Counted from the first letter of the whole stretch, positions 28,340 through 39,948 are shown. The stretch: 63,853 nt of DNA, filler included, from 8 parts of 8 records of this genome joined end to end with filler, not necessarily neighbours in it, one strand, 5' to 3'. Numbers and translations are program-made. Notes: generated by a model not told the origin, from the sequence alone.

Positions 28340-30397
28340 ACCTTTTTATCATTAATCTCAACACCCATGGCCACAAGTTCCTCCCTGAGCCGGTCGGAAA
28401 GCTCCCAATCCCTGTTCAGCCGTGCGGTTTCCCGCTCTTCCAGGAGTCTTGCGACCTTGGCCGAAGGAACCTTGCCGGGATGAAAATCGAATATTTTGAG
28501 TACGCTGTCCAACTCCCTGAAAAGATCGATAACCGCCCGGGCGCCGGAAGGATCGATCCCCTTGTTGTCCATGAGCCGGTTCAGCTCCTTCACGCCCTTG
28601 AACAGGGCCGCCATCACCCCCGGAATTTTCAGGTCATCATCCATGGAGGATACAAACCCCTGCTTCATGTCATAGAGCAGCTGGTCAAGCTCTTCATACC
28701 GCTCTCCCGCCTGCACCTCTGCAAGGGCGCCAAGGCATCGGTCCAGCTTGGAAAGGGAGCGCCTTGCGTCGTCAAGGGAATGGCTCGAGAGGGCAAGGGG
28801 TTTGCGGTAGTGGCCGGAGAGCAGCCAGAACCGGATCACCCGCGGCTCCCACCCCTGTTTTTCCAGGAGACCGAGGTCGATATCCGAAAGCGCGTCTACC
28901 CCCAGGCTGCCGTCGTAGTTGACCGTATCACAGTGCATCCACACCCTGGCAAGGGGCTCTCCCGACAGTGCCCGGCACATGGCGTTCTCGTTCTCATGGT
29001 GGGGGAACAACAGCTCCCGTGAGCCGGTATGGATATCAAACCCCTCTCCATGGGAGTTCATGGCCAGGGCCGCACACTGGAGATGAAGGGAAGGACGGAC
29101 GTTTCCCCACTTGGTTTTCACGCACACCCCCCGTTTGAGCTCGGAAAGCCCCACACGCTTCAACAGGGTGAAATCCTTGGGATTGTCCTTTTCATAGTCG
29201 TCCAGGTCCACGGTGGCGCCGACCCTGATCTTGTCAAGGTCCACCCCTGAAAGGGAGCCGTACCCGGGAAGGCTCGAGATGTCAAAATACAGGGACCTGA
29301 GTTTTTCATAGGCAAAACCGTTCTCACTGAGCCGTTCGGCCAGGGCCACCATCTCGTCCACATGATCCGAGACAAGGGGGTAGGACTGGGCGGGCCGGAC
29401 CCCGAGGGCCTCGAGATCCCCCTTGAACGCCTCGACAAAGGGCTGTGTATACTCGGAGACGGAAACGCCCGCCTGCTCGGATCCCTGGATGGTCTTGTCA
29501 TCGAGATCGGTGATGTTGACCACATGGTTGACCGAAAGCCGCCGGTACTCCAGGTACCGCACAAGCAGATCGGTGGCGACAAACCGCCTGAACCTTGTGG
29601 GATCCATCCGCTTGTGAACCGTGGGACCGCAGGTGTAGACGGACACCTTGCCCTGGGTTCCCGGTTCAAACCGCGCCTGGCTCCGGGTCAGGGTGTTGTA
29701 GATATCGAGGCTGATGTTGTCCTTGACCGTGAACAGGGAGGTGGAAAGATACCGCTCGCCACTGTCGGGGAAGATGACCACCACCGTGCCGGTCTTGATC
29801 TTCTTTGCCTCCTCGATGGCCACGGCCATGGCGGCGCCGCTGCTCATCCCCACAAAGAGGCCCTCGCTCCGGGCAAGTTCCCGGGCCGCCTCAAAGGCGA
29901 TTTCATCATCGATATTTACCTTTTCATCCAGCCGTTTCTTATCGAAAAGATCGGGGATATAGGACTCCTTCATGTTCTTGAGTCCCTGGATCCCGTGGCC
30001 CAGGTAGGGCTCGGCACCGATGATCCGGATGTCGGGGTTGAGTTCCTTGAGTTTCCGGGACAATCCCATGAGGGTGCCGCTGGTGCCGAGGGTGGCCACC
30101 ACGCTGGTCACCTTCCCCCCGGTCTGCTCCCAGATCTCGGGGGCCGTGGTCCTGTAGTGGGCCAGCCAGTTGGCATCGTTGTTGTACTGGTCCGTCATGA
30201 AGTAGCGATCGGGATTTTCCCGGGCCAGGCGGTACACCTCTTCGATGGCACCGTCCGACCCCAGGTGCCCGGGGGTAAGCCGGATCTCGGCGCCCCTGGC
30301 CCTGAGGATACTCTTCCGCTCTTCGCTTGCGGATTCGGACATGGCCAGAAGCAGGTCATACCCCTTTACCGAACAGATCATGGCAAGGCCGATTCCC
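28336..30397 (-). CDS. Cysteine synthase (PLP) - cysteinyl-tRNA synthetase-like fusion (5' truncated)
   Basis: GTSGT, GMSSGAA, FPDSGERYLST followed by YTCGPTV, NITDLDDK, FPHHENE, DALR-like tail. Confidence 0.92.
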
Positions 30398-30664
30398 NNN
30401 NNNNNNNNNNNNNNNNNNNNNNNNNNNNNNNNNNNNNNNNNTTAATTAATTAANNNNNNNNNNNNNNNNNNNNNNNNNNNNNNNNNNNNNNNNNNNNTTT
30501 GTGGTCGTTTCGCAGGGATGATTTCATTCAGATCGAGTTAAAGCTGTTTTTTTGAATTCTGCCCCAGGCAATCCAATGCCGGGTTTTATACCTAGAAATC
30601 CGGCATTGGCGTTTGCTTCTTGACGTGTTCCTACACCGATTTTCGTATGGGTTTCAACGCTTCG

Positions 30665-30973
30665 TCATGGAGAGATCTCAAGCCCGGTCATTTCGAGCTC
30701 GTTCATTTCAGGCGGTACGGTTTCCGCGTATGCCATGGTTTTTCCGTATGAAGGCTCCCCCATCACATTGACGACAAACTCTTTTGTGTCACGGATATTT
30801 CTCAGGGTGTCACGGGGGAGGGCGGAAGCAATGGTGATAAGATCCAGGGGGTTCAAGATGGGCATCACGCAGCTGTACGGAGCGGCATTGACGATGCCAT
30901 TCCCATCGACGGTTGTGATGAGTGTAACCGGTAACGGAAGCATTTTTTTGAACATGGCGGGTTTGAGTTCCAT
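30665..30973 (-). pseudogene. Flavin reductase-like protein, apparently truncated (102 aa)
   Basis: PVTLITT..NAAPYS..DTLRNI..EFVVN; stops before the expected C-terminal half. Confidence 0.65.
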
Positions 30974-31066
30974 TGTATTCTCCTTAATTATACTCTCCGG
31001 TTTAAACTGTCCTTCATGCTTGTCTGCCTGTCGTCTCGATTCATATTCGATATTGGGAAAAAAAAT

Positions 31067-31086
31067 AACCGTACGAAAGAACAGGT
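31067..31086. promoter_or_regulatory. lux-box-like site AACCGTACGAAAGAACAGGT
   Basis: 14/20 match to ACCTGTAGGATCGTACAGGT; in the divergent intergenic region upstream of luxR. Confidence 0.4.
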
Positions 31087-31407
31087 TACATTTTGAGTAC
31101 GGATGGCATATTGCAAATAAACATATTGACATTCCTTACCAATAGTCATAAGGGTAATATCGATAAACGGAGATTGTCAGGTAGGTACAGGCAAATAACG
31201 TTTTATGCTGACAGGTTACACAATGTTTTGAATAAATTATTGGCTGTTGCCGGTTGTTAATCACGGATTAGAAAATTCGTTTTATTTATATAAAATACCG
31301 AGCAATTTGCCATATATATCAGAGAACTGTTTTCTTGTTGTGGCAGGCGGTACCGCCCCGGGGATATATTAATTACGAAACAACTCTGATTTAAGAATAA
31401 TTCAATT

Positions 31408-31469
31408 AAGGCCATGAATGCTTTCATGATTCCGTCAGAAGACGGGGATAAAGCGTCATGGCCTTTTTT
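31408..31469 (+). terminator. Long hairpin plus U-tract directly before the luxR RBS
   Basis: AAGGCCATGA...TTCCGTC-AGAA-GACGGGG...TCATGGCCTT-TTTT. Confidence 0.55.
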
Positions 31470-31479
31470 CATTTGAGAG

Positions 31480-32241
31480 GTGATTCAAATGTTATCGGAA
31501 TTATCAAAACATGAGCTCGAGGTCATTCTGGATATCAGTTACAAATGCTTGGCGGTTGAAAGGCGTGGGGACGTTGCTCCCGTGTTTGACAGGCTGAACG
31601 ACCTTATCATGTTCAGGTCGGCCGCAATCGCCAGACAGGAAAAAAAGCAAGACCGCAAAAATGTTTTAGAATGGATAAATCACAGTTTCAACCCGGAATG
31701 GACCGCGTTTTACAGGGATAATAATTTTGGAGAGGCAGACCCGGTTTTGTTGCGTGCAAACGCGTCTGAGTATCCGTTTACATGGGAAGAGGCCCGGTCA
31801 TATGCCGGAAAAGGAAATAAAAAAACAATGAATTTCCTTCATAATGCAAAAGAAGCCGGGGTATACAACGGAATTGCCGTTTCCAGTCATTTCAAGGACG
31901 GGACATATCCCGAAACGATCATAGCGCTAAATACAGGAGACGAGAAAATCCCGGATACCTGGTCGCATATTTTGCATTTGGTCCTGCCACATATCCATGA
32001 AGCCCTGAAGCGTATCAAAACCCGTAAAAAAGAAACCGGGGATCTCCTGTGTGACTTATCCGAAAGGGAGGTTGAAACATTGAAATGGGCAACAGAAGGA
32101 AAAAGTTCCTGGGAAATCGGGCAGATCATGGGAATCTCGGAACGTACTATTAAGTTTCATTTTAGTAATATTTTTAGAAAGTTGAATGTGGTTAACCGTG
32201 CCCAGGCAGTCGCAATAGGGCTGTCCAGCGGTGTGATCTGA
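31480..32241 (+). CDS. LuxR-family regulator with autoinducer-binding domain
   Basis: EW..FY..N..DPV..PFTW..G; HTH LSERE..LKW..EGKSSWEIG..ISERTIKFH. Confidence 0.93.
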   Translation: MIQMLSELSKHELEVILDISYKCLAVERRGDVAPVFDRLNDLIMFRSAAIARQEKKQDRKNVLEWINHSFNPEWTAFYRDNNFGEADPVLLRANASEYPFTWEEARSYAGKGNKKTMNFLHNAKEAGVYNGIAVSSHFKDGTYPETIIALNTGDEKIPDTWSHILHLVLPHIHEALKRIKTRKKETGDLLCDLSEREVETLKWATEGKSSWEIGQIMGISERTIKFHFSNIFRKLNVVNRAQAVAIGLSSGVI

Positions 32242-32279
32242 ATATTGACCAATATATTTACTGAAAGGACGGTGGTGAA

Positions 32280-33878
32280 ATGGCGCTCAATAGAGGCAAT
32301 GTGCTTAAAACATGCGTGGCGGTTTTTGTATCATTTTTCCTGCTGACACTGTCGAATGTCCATGCTGAAAAACAGATCGAAGAAGTTCGAATCGCCGACG
32401 GCAAGGGAGACTGGGGGTATCCCAATCCTTACCGGCATTATCCGAGGGGGCCCGGATATATTCGGATGAGCTGGGTTTTTGATACCCTTGTCTGGAAAGA
32501 TGACAAAGGGTATATTCCTGCATTGGCGACTGCCTGGACGTTTAACGAAGAATCAATGACCTATGTTTTTGATTTGAATCCCCGGGCGAAATGGCATGAT
32601 GGAAAAGCGGTTACGGCAGAAGACGTTGTTTTTACGATCAATTATATGAAACGCCATCCCTACGGCTGGATAGATATCAACCGTATTGCCGACGCAAGGA
32701 TTCTTAACCGGCATAAACTGGCCATTTCCCTTAAAAAACCCTATGCACCGTTCCTTGCCGAGATCGGGGGGACAATGCCGATCCTGCCCGAGCATATCTG
32801 GAAGAATATTGAAAAACCGAAAGCATTCGACCGACCGGCAGCCTATATCGGTTCCGGGCCGTACGTCTTCAGGGATTATAACCGGGTAAAGAAAACATAT
32901 CTTTATGAATCATTTGACGCGTATTATCTTGGGAAAACCAAGGTTCATAAACTGATCTATGTGAAATCCGGCAATCCGCTCATGAGTCTTTCAACCAATA
33001 AGGCTTCCCTTGCCAATATCCAGCCGGATATGGTGAAATACCTCCGTCCAAAGGGATTTACAATCCTGTATGATAAATCCGCATTTGCTAAAAAACTGAT
33101 GATCAATCATCAAAAAGCGCCTTTTAACGATGTCAGGTTCAGAAGGGCCCTTGCCTGTTTCATCGATCGCCGGGAATTAATCGATAAAGCCCATAGGGGG
33201 TATGGAAAAATAGCCTCCTGCGGTCTTCTGTCCGTTGATCACAGCATGTACAACCCCGACACGCCGTCATATCCCTTTAATCCGAAAAAGGGAAAAAAGC
33301 TGATGGAATCACTGGGTTATAAAAAGAACGGGCAGGGGTATTACGCAAAAGAGGGCGCCCTTTTAAAAATAGAACTTCTGGCCGCCCGGATTTCTGTTGC
33401 GGGAAACAGTCTGGATGACCGTGACGGCGAGATACTGAAAAAACAGCTCGATGCCGCGGGAATAAAAACTGAGCTTTATCACCTGGAACTGGCGACGGTG
33501 GATGCCAAAGTGAAAAACTGGGACTTCCAGCTGGTTGTTTCCGGCCATGGCGGGCTGATGGGGGATCCCAAGGTCTTGAATGAAATGATTTCATCAAAAT
33601 ACGGTGCCGCTTCAGCCAACTGTGCAAGATTCGATACGGATGACCGGTTGAACCGGCTCCTTGATCAGCAAATGGCGATCATGGATCATGAAAAAAGGAA
33701 AAAGGCGGTGTTTGAAATACAGGCCATGCATGCCAGTCTTTTACCGGCATTGCCCTTGTATTATCCTGAAGTCATCAGCGCCTATAATCCGTCAGCGGGC
33801 GTTCACTGGTATTATACGAAAGACGGGGTCTCAAAAGGGATTCCCATTGTTGAAAATAAAATGGCCCTTGTGAAATAG
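32280..33878 (+). CDS. ABC transporter substrate-binding protein, family 5 (Ni/peptide)
   Basis: Signal peptide; LAT.W, KWHDG..VTAEDV.FT, IGSGPY. Confidence 0.92.
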   Translation: MALNRGNVLKTCVAVFVSFFLLTLSNVHAEKQIEEVRIADGKGDWGYPNPYRHYPRGPGYIRMSWVFDTLVWKDDKGYIPALATAWTFNEESMTYVFDLNPRAKWHDGKAVTAEDVVFTINYMKRHPYGWIDINRIADARILNRHKLAISLKKPYAPFLAEIGGTMPILPEHIWKNIEKPKAFDRPAAYIGSGPYVFRDYNRVKKTYLYESFDAYYLGKTKVHKLIYVKSGNPLMSLSTNKASLANIQPDMVKYLRPKGFTILYDKSAFAKKLMINHQKAPFNDVRFRRALACFIDRRELIDKAHRGYGKIASCGLLSVDHSMYNPDTPSYPFNPKKGKKLMESLGYKKNGQGYYAKEGALLKIELLAARISVAGNSLDDRDGEILKKQLDAAGIKTELYHLELATVDAKVKNWDFQLVVSGHGGLMGDPKVLNEMISSKYGAASANCARFDTDDRLNRLLDQQMAIMDHEKRKKAVFEIQAMHASLLPALPLYYPEVISAYNPSAGVHWYYTKDGVSKGIPIVENKMALVK

Positions 33879-34847
33879 ATGAAAAATCTTGTATCAACGA
33901 TGATCGCCTATGGAACCGCGCTGATGATGCTGGTTTATTTGAGCTACGCGCTTCCGAAACTGCTGCCCGGGGATTTTGTGACCGCACAGTATTCCAGTGC
34001 CCAGGTGATTTTAACGGAACAGCAGGAGGCCGAGCTGAGGGCGTTCTATTCCCACAGCGAAGATTTCAGTTCCTACCTGTTACGGGTCATGACCCTTGAT
34101 TTTGGTTATTCCTATGTCTTTTTGTCGCCCATACGGCGTTTGATCAGCGAATCCCTTGCCTGGACTTTTTTTCTCCTGGGAACCGCCAATGTGATTTCTT
34201 TTGTTGCCGGTTTTCTCATCGGCGTTGAAACCGCCTGGCGAAAGGGCGGCGGTTTTGAGAAAAAAACAATCGGAATACTGACCGTCTTCGAGGGCTTTCC
34301 TGAAATTGCAACCGGGGTGATCCTGCTTGCCGTTTTTGCCCTTCATCTCCAGTGGTTTCCGTCATCGGGTGCGGAAACCGCTTATTCCGAATTTGCCGGC
34401 GGAGCAAAAATTGTCGATATTCTTCACCATATGGCATTGCCCCTTATCACGCTGGTGATTGCCTATATTCCGGGTAATGCATTGCTTGTCCGCAATACCA
34501 TGGTCATGGTGACTGGCGAACAATATATCCTCACCGCCAGATCAAAAGGGCTGTCCGATATCCGGGTCCGGTACAGGCATGCCGCGAGGAATGCCATTCT
34601 TCCCCTGGTAACCGGCATTGGCCTCAGGATCGCTTTCATGATTACGGGAGCCCTTGTGGTGGAAACCCTGCATTCCTATCCGGGCATCGGCACTCTTCTT
34701 TTTAACGCCATCGGTTCAAGGGATATTCCCCTGATCCAGGCGATAGTGCTTTATTCCTCCCTGGCCGTTCTGATGGTCAATATGGGGCTGGAGTTTGTTT
34801 ACGGAATGATCGATCCGAGGATAAAAGATGCACGAAACCGGTTTTAG
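33879..34847 (+). CDS. ABC permease (DppB/NikB-like)
   Basis: LPGD, TARSKGL..HAARNA, DPRI. Confidence 0.92.
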   Translation: MKNLVSTMIAYGTALMMLVYLSYALPKLLPGDFVTAQYSSAQVILTEQQEAELRAFYSHSEDFSSYLLRVMTLDFGYSYVFLSPIRRLISESLAWTFFLLGTANVISFVAGFLIGVETAWRKGGGFEKKTIGILTVFEGFPEIATGVILLAVFALHLQWFPSSGAETAYSEFAGGAKIVDILHHMALPLITLVIAYIPGNALLVRNTMVMVTGEQYILTARSKGLSDIRVRYRHAARNAILPLVTGIGLRIAFMITGALVVETLHSYPGIGTLLFNAIGSRDIPLIQAIVLYSSLAVLMVNMGLEFVYGMIDPRIKDARNRF

Positions 34848-35691
34848 AGCCACAGCCCATGATCCTTTGTTCAGGACCGGAGTTTTACTTTGCAGCTTTG
34901 TTTTGCTTTCAGTAATCTTCGGCCGTTGTTTTGTCCCTTATGATCCCGGGGATATTTCATTTATTCCGTTTTCTCCCCCGACGTTTGAACATCTCCTGGG
35001 TGTTAATGACGGCGGCCAGGACATTTTTTCGGAACTTGTCTTTGCGGTCGGGAATTCACTTGTCTTCAGCCTTGCATGCGCGGGGGCGACCCTTCTCATC
35101 GGTATTGTGGCCGGGCTTGCTTCGGCCTGGTACGGGGGGATCATCGATAAAGTAATCATGCGGGTTTCAGATATCCTGCTTTCAATTCCTTTTGCCATGA
35201 TTTTGATTTTTGTCGCGGCATTGTTCAGGCCGTCCGCCATTGAACTTGCGCTTATCCTGTCATTAATGGCTTGGCCGACCCTGGCAAAAACCTATCAGGC
35301 CCAGGCGTTATCCCTTAAAAACAGTCTTCATGTGAGGGCCGCCTCCCAGATGGGGGGTGGGGCGTTTTATATCATTGGCAGGCATCTTATCCCGGAATTG
35401 TTTCCCCTGTATCTTATCGGTTTTGCGGCTAAAATGAGGATGGCGGTGTTCATGGAAGCGACACTGGCCTTTCTGGGACTGTTTGATCCCGCCAGAAAAT
35501 CCCTGGGCATGATGATAAGCTACGCATTGAAATACTATTATATGGATATCTGGTGGAACTGGTTTGCACCGCCGGTTGCGTTTTTGTCAATCATGATCAT
35601 GTCGGTCACTTTTCTATCCGTGTCCATGGAAAAGACCTTTGACCCGCGTATCAGGCTTGCCGGGCATAAATACAACGGGAGAAAACCATGA
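34828..35691 (+). CDS. ABC permease (DppC/NikC-like)
   Basis: HLLGVND.GQDIFSEL, EAA-like loop. Confidence 0.92.
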   Translation: MHETGFRATAHDPLFRTGVLLCSFVLLSVIFGRCFVPYDPGDISFIPFSPPTFEHLLGVNDGGQDIFSELVFAVGNSLVFSLACAGATLLIGIVAGLASAWYGGIIDKVIMRVSDILLSIPFAMILIFVAALFRPSAIELALILSLMAWPTLAKTYQAQALSLKNSLHVRAASQMGGGAFYIIGRHLIPELFPLYLIGFAAKMRMAVFMEATLAFLGLFDPARKSLGMMISYALKYYYMDIWWNWFAPPVAFLSIMIMSVTFLSVSMEKTFDPRIRLAGHKYNGRKP

Positions 35692-37469
35692 ATTTACTGA
35701 TCAATGACCTTTCTGTTGACTACCATGACAGCTGCCATGTCCTTTCCGCCCTGGACGGGGTCGGGTTTGAAGTGGAAAGGGGAAAAATCACCGCCCTGGT
35801 GGGGGAATCCGGGTCCGGCAAAACCACTCTTGCCAATGCCTGTATGGGCCTTTTACCCGGCAATGCGGAGCAAAGAGGGCAGATCCGGATCGGCAAACTT
35901 CTGCTTGGCACCCTCAGCCGGGAGTGCATGAATGCAATACGCTGGGATAAAATAGCAATGGTTTCCCAGAACGGTGCCGCAAATTTCAATCCGGTGATCC
36001 CGATAATCGCCCAGGTTGCGGAACCCCTTGTGAGCCGGGGAACGGGGAAAAAGAAGGCGGTGGGCAAAGCTTCACGCATATTAAACCGAATGGGGCTTGA
36101 AAAAGAGGCATATGACAAATATGCCCATCAGTTGAGCGGCGGCCAGATTCAACGGGCATTGATTGCAATGGCCCTGATTCTTGATCCTGAAATTTTAATT
36201 CTGGATGAACCCACCGCTTCCCTTGACGCCATAACCGGACAATTCATCAAACAGATCATAAAGGAGGAAGCGGATACCGGCACAGGCGTTTTGCTTATCA
36301 CCCATGATCTCGGCTTTGCCGATGAACTGGCGGATATTACGATTGTCCTGTATCTGGGACAGGTGATGGAGATACTGAAGGGCGGCCGTCTGGTGGACAA
36401 CCCGGCACACCCCTATACCAGGGCCCTTGCCAGATCCTTTCCTGCCATGGATGCAACCCGGGATCTGGGCGGTATCAGGGGGGATGCCTTTTACCGGTAT
36501 ACCCACGGACATGGCGGCGATGATTACAACCATGCCCATACGGAAGGTGAAGGGGACAGCCACGCGCCGGTTTCCGGCTGCATCTTCCGGCCCCGGTGCA
36601 CCCAGGCCGTTCAGGCATGTTCCCGGGCGACGGTCTTAACCCGGAAGAACGGCGGGAAAATCAGGTGTGTCCGGGGAGGCATTACCAATCTTGTTGAATT
36701 CTCCGGCGTTTCCAAAAAATATGGCGGGAAGACCGCCCTTGCGCCCCTTGACCTCAAGCTATGTTCAGGAGAGCTGTTCTGTTTTGTGGGTGAAACCGGG
36801 TCCGGCAAAACCACCCTGGCAATGATCGCATCCGGCGGACTGAAACCCGACAGCGGAACCGTTGTTTTCAACCGTGAGGACATAAAGGACAAATCCGTTT
36901 CGGAAATTACGGGCGTGGTTTACCAGGTTCCCATGGAATCGGTAAGTCATCGATTGACGGTGTTTGATATTGTTGCCGAGCCCTTGAGAATTTTAAAGAC
37001 AGATAAGAAACAGATGAATGAAAAAGTGATCAGGGCCTTGAAAAGGGCCCAGCTGCCGACCGGGTCCGGTTTCCTTTCCCGATATCCCCATGAATTGAAT
37101 ATGGGCGCTGTTCAAAGGGTCTGCATTGCCAGGGCCATTGTTAACGAGCCTCTTTTTCTTATTGCGGATGAGCCCACAAGCGCCCTTGACCCAAGTGTCC
37201 AGGCCAAGGTGCTTAAAATGCTCCTTGATTTGCAGACGGAACTGGGCCTGACCATGCTTTTTATTACCCATAATCTCGGTCTTGCCAGGAAAATAGGGGA
37301 CAGGATGGGGGTCATGCGGTCGGGACATATGGTGGAATCCGGCCCCGCCAAAGACATCTTTAATTCCCCCCTTCATCCCTATACGGCCATGCTGCTTAAA
37401 GGCACCCCGGAAAGCTCCCGGCCTGAAGGGGATGCCTATGTGATTCCTCACGCTTCCGGATTCGTTTGA
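35688..37469 (+). CDS. ABC ATP-binding protein with two ATPase domains and a His-rich linker
   Basis: GESGSGKT and GETGSGKT; LSGGQ; HGHGGDDYNHAH..SH. Confidence 0.93.
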   Translation: MNLLINDLSVDYHDSCHVLSALDGVGFEVERGKITALVGESGSGKTTLANACMGLLPGNAEQRGQIRIGKLLLGTLSRECMNAIRWDKIAMVSQNGAANFNPVIPIIAQVAEPLVSRGTGKKKAVGKASRILNRMGLEKEAYDKYAHQLSGGQIQRALIAMALILDPEILILDEPTASLDAITGQFIKQIIKEEADTGTGVLLITHDLGFADELADITIVLYLGQVMEILKGGRLVDNPAHPYTRALARSFPAMDATRDLGGIRGDAFYRYTHGHGGDDYNHAHTEGEGDSHAPVSGCIFRPRCTQAVQACSRATVLTRKNGGKIRCVRGGITNLVEFSGVSKKYGGKTALAPLDLKLCSGELFCFVGETGSGKTTLAMIASGGLKPDSGTVVFNREDIKDKSVSEITGVVYQVPMESVSHRLTVFDIVAEPLRILKTDKKQMNEKVIRALKRAQLPTGSGFLSRYPHELNMGAVQRVCIARAIVNEPLFLIADEPTSALDPSVQAKVLKMLLDLQTELGLTMLFITHNLGLARKIGDRMGVMRSGHMVESGPAKDIFNSPLHPYTAMLLKGTPESSRPEGDAYVIPHASGFV

Positions 37470-37483
37470 TAAAATCCTGCATC

Positions 37484-37975
37484 TCAGGAAACCTTCGGGG
37501 TCCAGGCCCATACCATGGCACATTTGACCGGCTCCGCCCCGGTTTCATCGGTCACCTTTATGGGTACCGTTACATCTCCTTTTTCCTGATTTGCGATGGC
37601 GGTTCTCTGGTCCGGGCTGAGGCTTGCCTCGGCCCTCAGGTTCCCCGATGCCCGTCTCACATATTGGATGTCCATGGATTTGATTACCAGGAGCCGGGAA
37701 TCCGGCACGTTCATTCCCACGATGAATCCCGTGGCCGATTCCGCAAGGAGCGCCATGGCGGCCGCATGGATGGAGCCGATATGGTTCCTGACCCGTCTGC
37801 GGTTCCTTACGGTGAGCACGGACCGGGCGTCCGTGAGCTGTTCCACCCGGATTTTTCCGGTGCCGGCAAAGGGGATTGCCCTGCCGAAGACAAAGCTCAA
37901 GGCCAGGGGCCGCAGGGCCCCCGGCAGGGCATTCACCCTTGTGATAATTCGGTTCAACCTGTTCTTTGAAACCAT
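37484..37975 (-). CDS. Hot-dog fold thioesterase (DUF4442/PaaI-like)
   Basis: NHIGSIHAAAMALLAESATG. Confidence 0.85.
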   Translation of the reverse strand: MVSKNRLNRIITRVNALPGALRPLALSFVFGRAIPFAGTGKIRVEQLTDARSVLTVRNRRRVRNHIGSIHAAAMALLAESATGFIVGMNVPDSRLLVIKSMDIQYVRRASGNLRAEASLSPDQRTAIANQEKGDVTVPIKVTDETGAEPVKCAMVWAWTPKVS

Positions 37976-38009
37976 GATTCCCTATGGGCTCCTTTGGGCG
38001 GACCTGGGG

Positions 38010-39741
38010 TTAATTTTCAACCGGTGACGGTGCGAACTCGGTTTCAGCCATTTCCCTTATCTTTTTCTTGTCAAGCTTGTGCACACCGGTCAGGGGCATC
38101 TCGTCCACAAATTTGATCGCCTTGGGCACGGCGTATTTCGCCACCTGGCCGGTCAGGAAAGTTTTTATTTCATTTTTGTCAAGGTTTCCTTCGTGTTCCT
38201 TCTGGGGCTCGATATAGACCACCACCCGTTCGCTTCCCTCCCGGCGGGGATCTTTTATGCCCACGGTGGCGGCGTGCTCCACCCCGGGGTACCCGTACAG
38301 GATGTCATCGATCTCCCTGGAGTAGACCTTGTACCCGGACACATTGATCATATCCTTGGTGCGGTCAACGATGTAGAAATATCCGGCTTTGTCCACACTG
38401 ACCACATCTCCGGTGTGGATAAATCCTGCTTTATCCATGCCCGAGCCTTTCTCCGGCCAGTAGCCGAGCATTCGCTGGGGGCCGTTGATGCACATCTCGC
38501 CGGTTTTGCCCGCCAGGACCTCTTTCCAGGGAATGGGCGCCCCCGTGCCAGTGTCAATGATTCTGATCCGGGTATCGGGCAGGGGGATGCCGGAGGTGCC
38601 GCGTTTTTCAACGCTTTTGGGGGTGGTTTCCTTTTTCCCGGTCCGGTTGACCAGGAAGGACACGAGCCGTGTTCCCATTAAACCGATATACTGGGGGGGA
38701 ATCCGTCTCAGGAAAAAATTGATGCAGGGGGATACCCCTGGAATGCCCATGCCGAACACCATCATCCGGTGGACGAACCGGCCACCGAAGATTCTCAGGA
38801 GAAGGGAGGTGTTCATATGGGTGGCCGGGGACATCTCGGACAGGCCGTATCCTTCCATGATGGCGCCCCCGGATTGCTTCTCATACTTTTTTTGCACGCT
38901 TTGGGGCAGGGGCGCCGAGGCGGAGATGCCGAGCATGCCGATGCCCTTGAGTTCTTCTTTTGACAGGTTCATGAACTGGGTGGGCACCCCGATCTGGAGG
39001 AGGGGGTAGTGGGTTTTGATCATGGCCACCATGGAGGCCGTATCCCTTGAATCGGGAATCAGGATCTGGTTGTATCCCATCCGTACCATGGTGTGCATGA
39101 TGATATGGCCGTAGGAGTGGAAAAAGGGAAGCCCCAGAAGTACCGTGAGGCACCCCCTTACAAGTTTGTGGGCCGCGCCGGTGGCCCATTCGTTCTGGAG
39201 CAGGTTGGCGTAGATGTTCCGGTGGGTCAGCATGCATCCCTTGGGAAGCCCGGTGGTTCCCCCGGTGAACAGGATCAGCTCGAGGTCTTCCGCCACGTTG
39301 AAATCATGGTCCGAGGGGTGGGGCCCATGGGTTTTGATGAGGTCCTTGAACCAATGGCCGTTTTTGATGGCCGGTTTTTCCTTGTGAATCGGCGGACCCA
39401 GGGAGTAGTCCGTAAGGCGGGTCACGATGGTCTGGATCGGGCCGAACCTGTCCGTGAGTTCCTTTGCCACGGTAAGGGAGTCGTCCAGGCAGATCAGGGC
39501 CTTGGGCGTTGCTTTCTTAAATTTGTGGGAAAGGGTGGCAACGGGTTCCAGGGAACTTGCCGGCACATGGACGAGGCCGGCCCGTGAAATGGCGAAATCG
39601 GCAATGACAAACTGGATGGAGGTGGGCAGCAGGGTGGCCACCCGGTCCCCTTTTTTCAGGCCCAGTGATTCCAGGGCGTTTGCCAGGCAAAGGGCGTGAT
39701 GCCGGACCTTTGGGTAGGTCATCTTGTAATTGAACTGGATC
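38010..39741 (-). CDS. Long-chain fatty acid-CoA ligase / AMP-binding protein (5' truncated)
   Basis: FTGGTTGLPKG, EGYGLSE, HTGD, DRTKDMINVSG. Confidence 0.92.
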
Positions 39742-39948
39742 NNNNNNNNNNNNNNNNNNNNNNNNNNNNNNNNNNNNNNNNNNNNTTAATTAATTAANNN
39801 NNNNNNNNNNNNNNNNNNNNNNNNNNNNNNNNNNNNNNNNNTTCCGCAATGCTTTTTCAAGAAATATTACCTGCCTGCATTTCGCATCAAAGAAATTTCT
39901 TTTATCCCGATCGTACTTTTGAATGTCCAAAATAAGTGGAAGCGTTTT

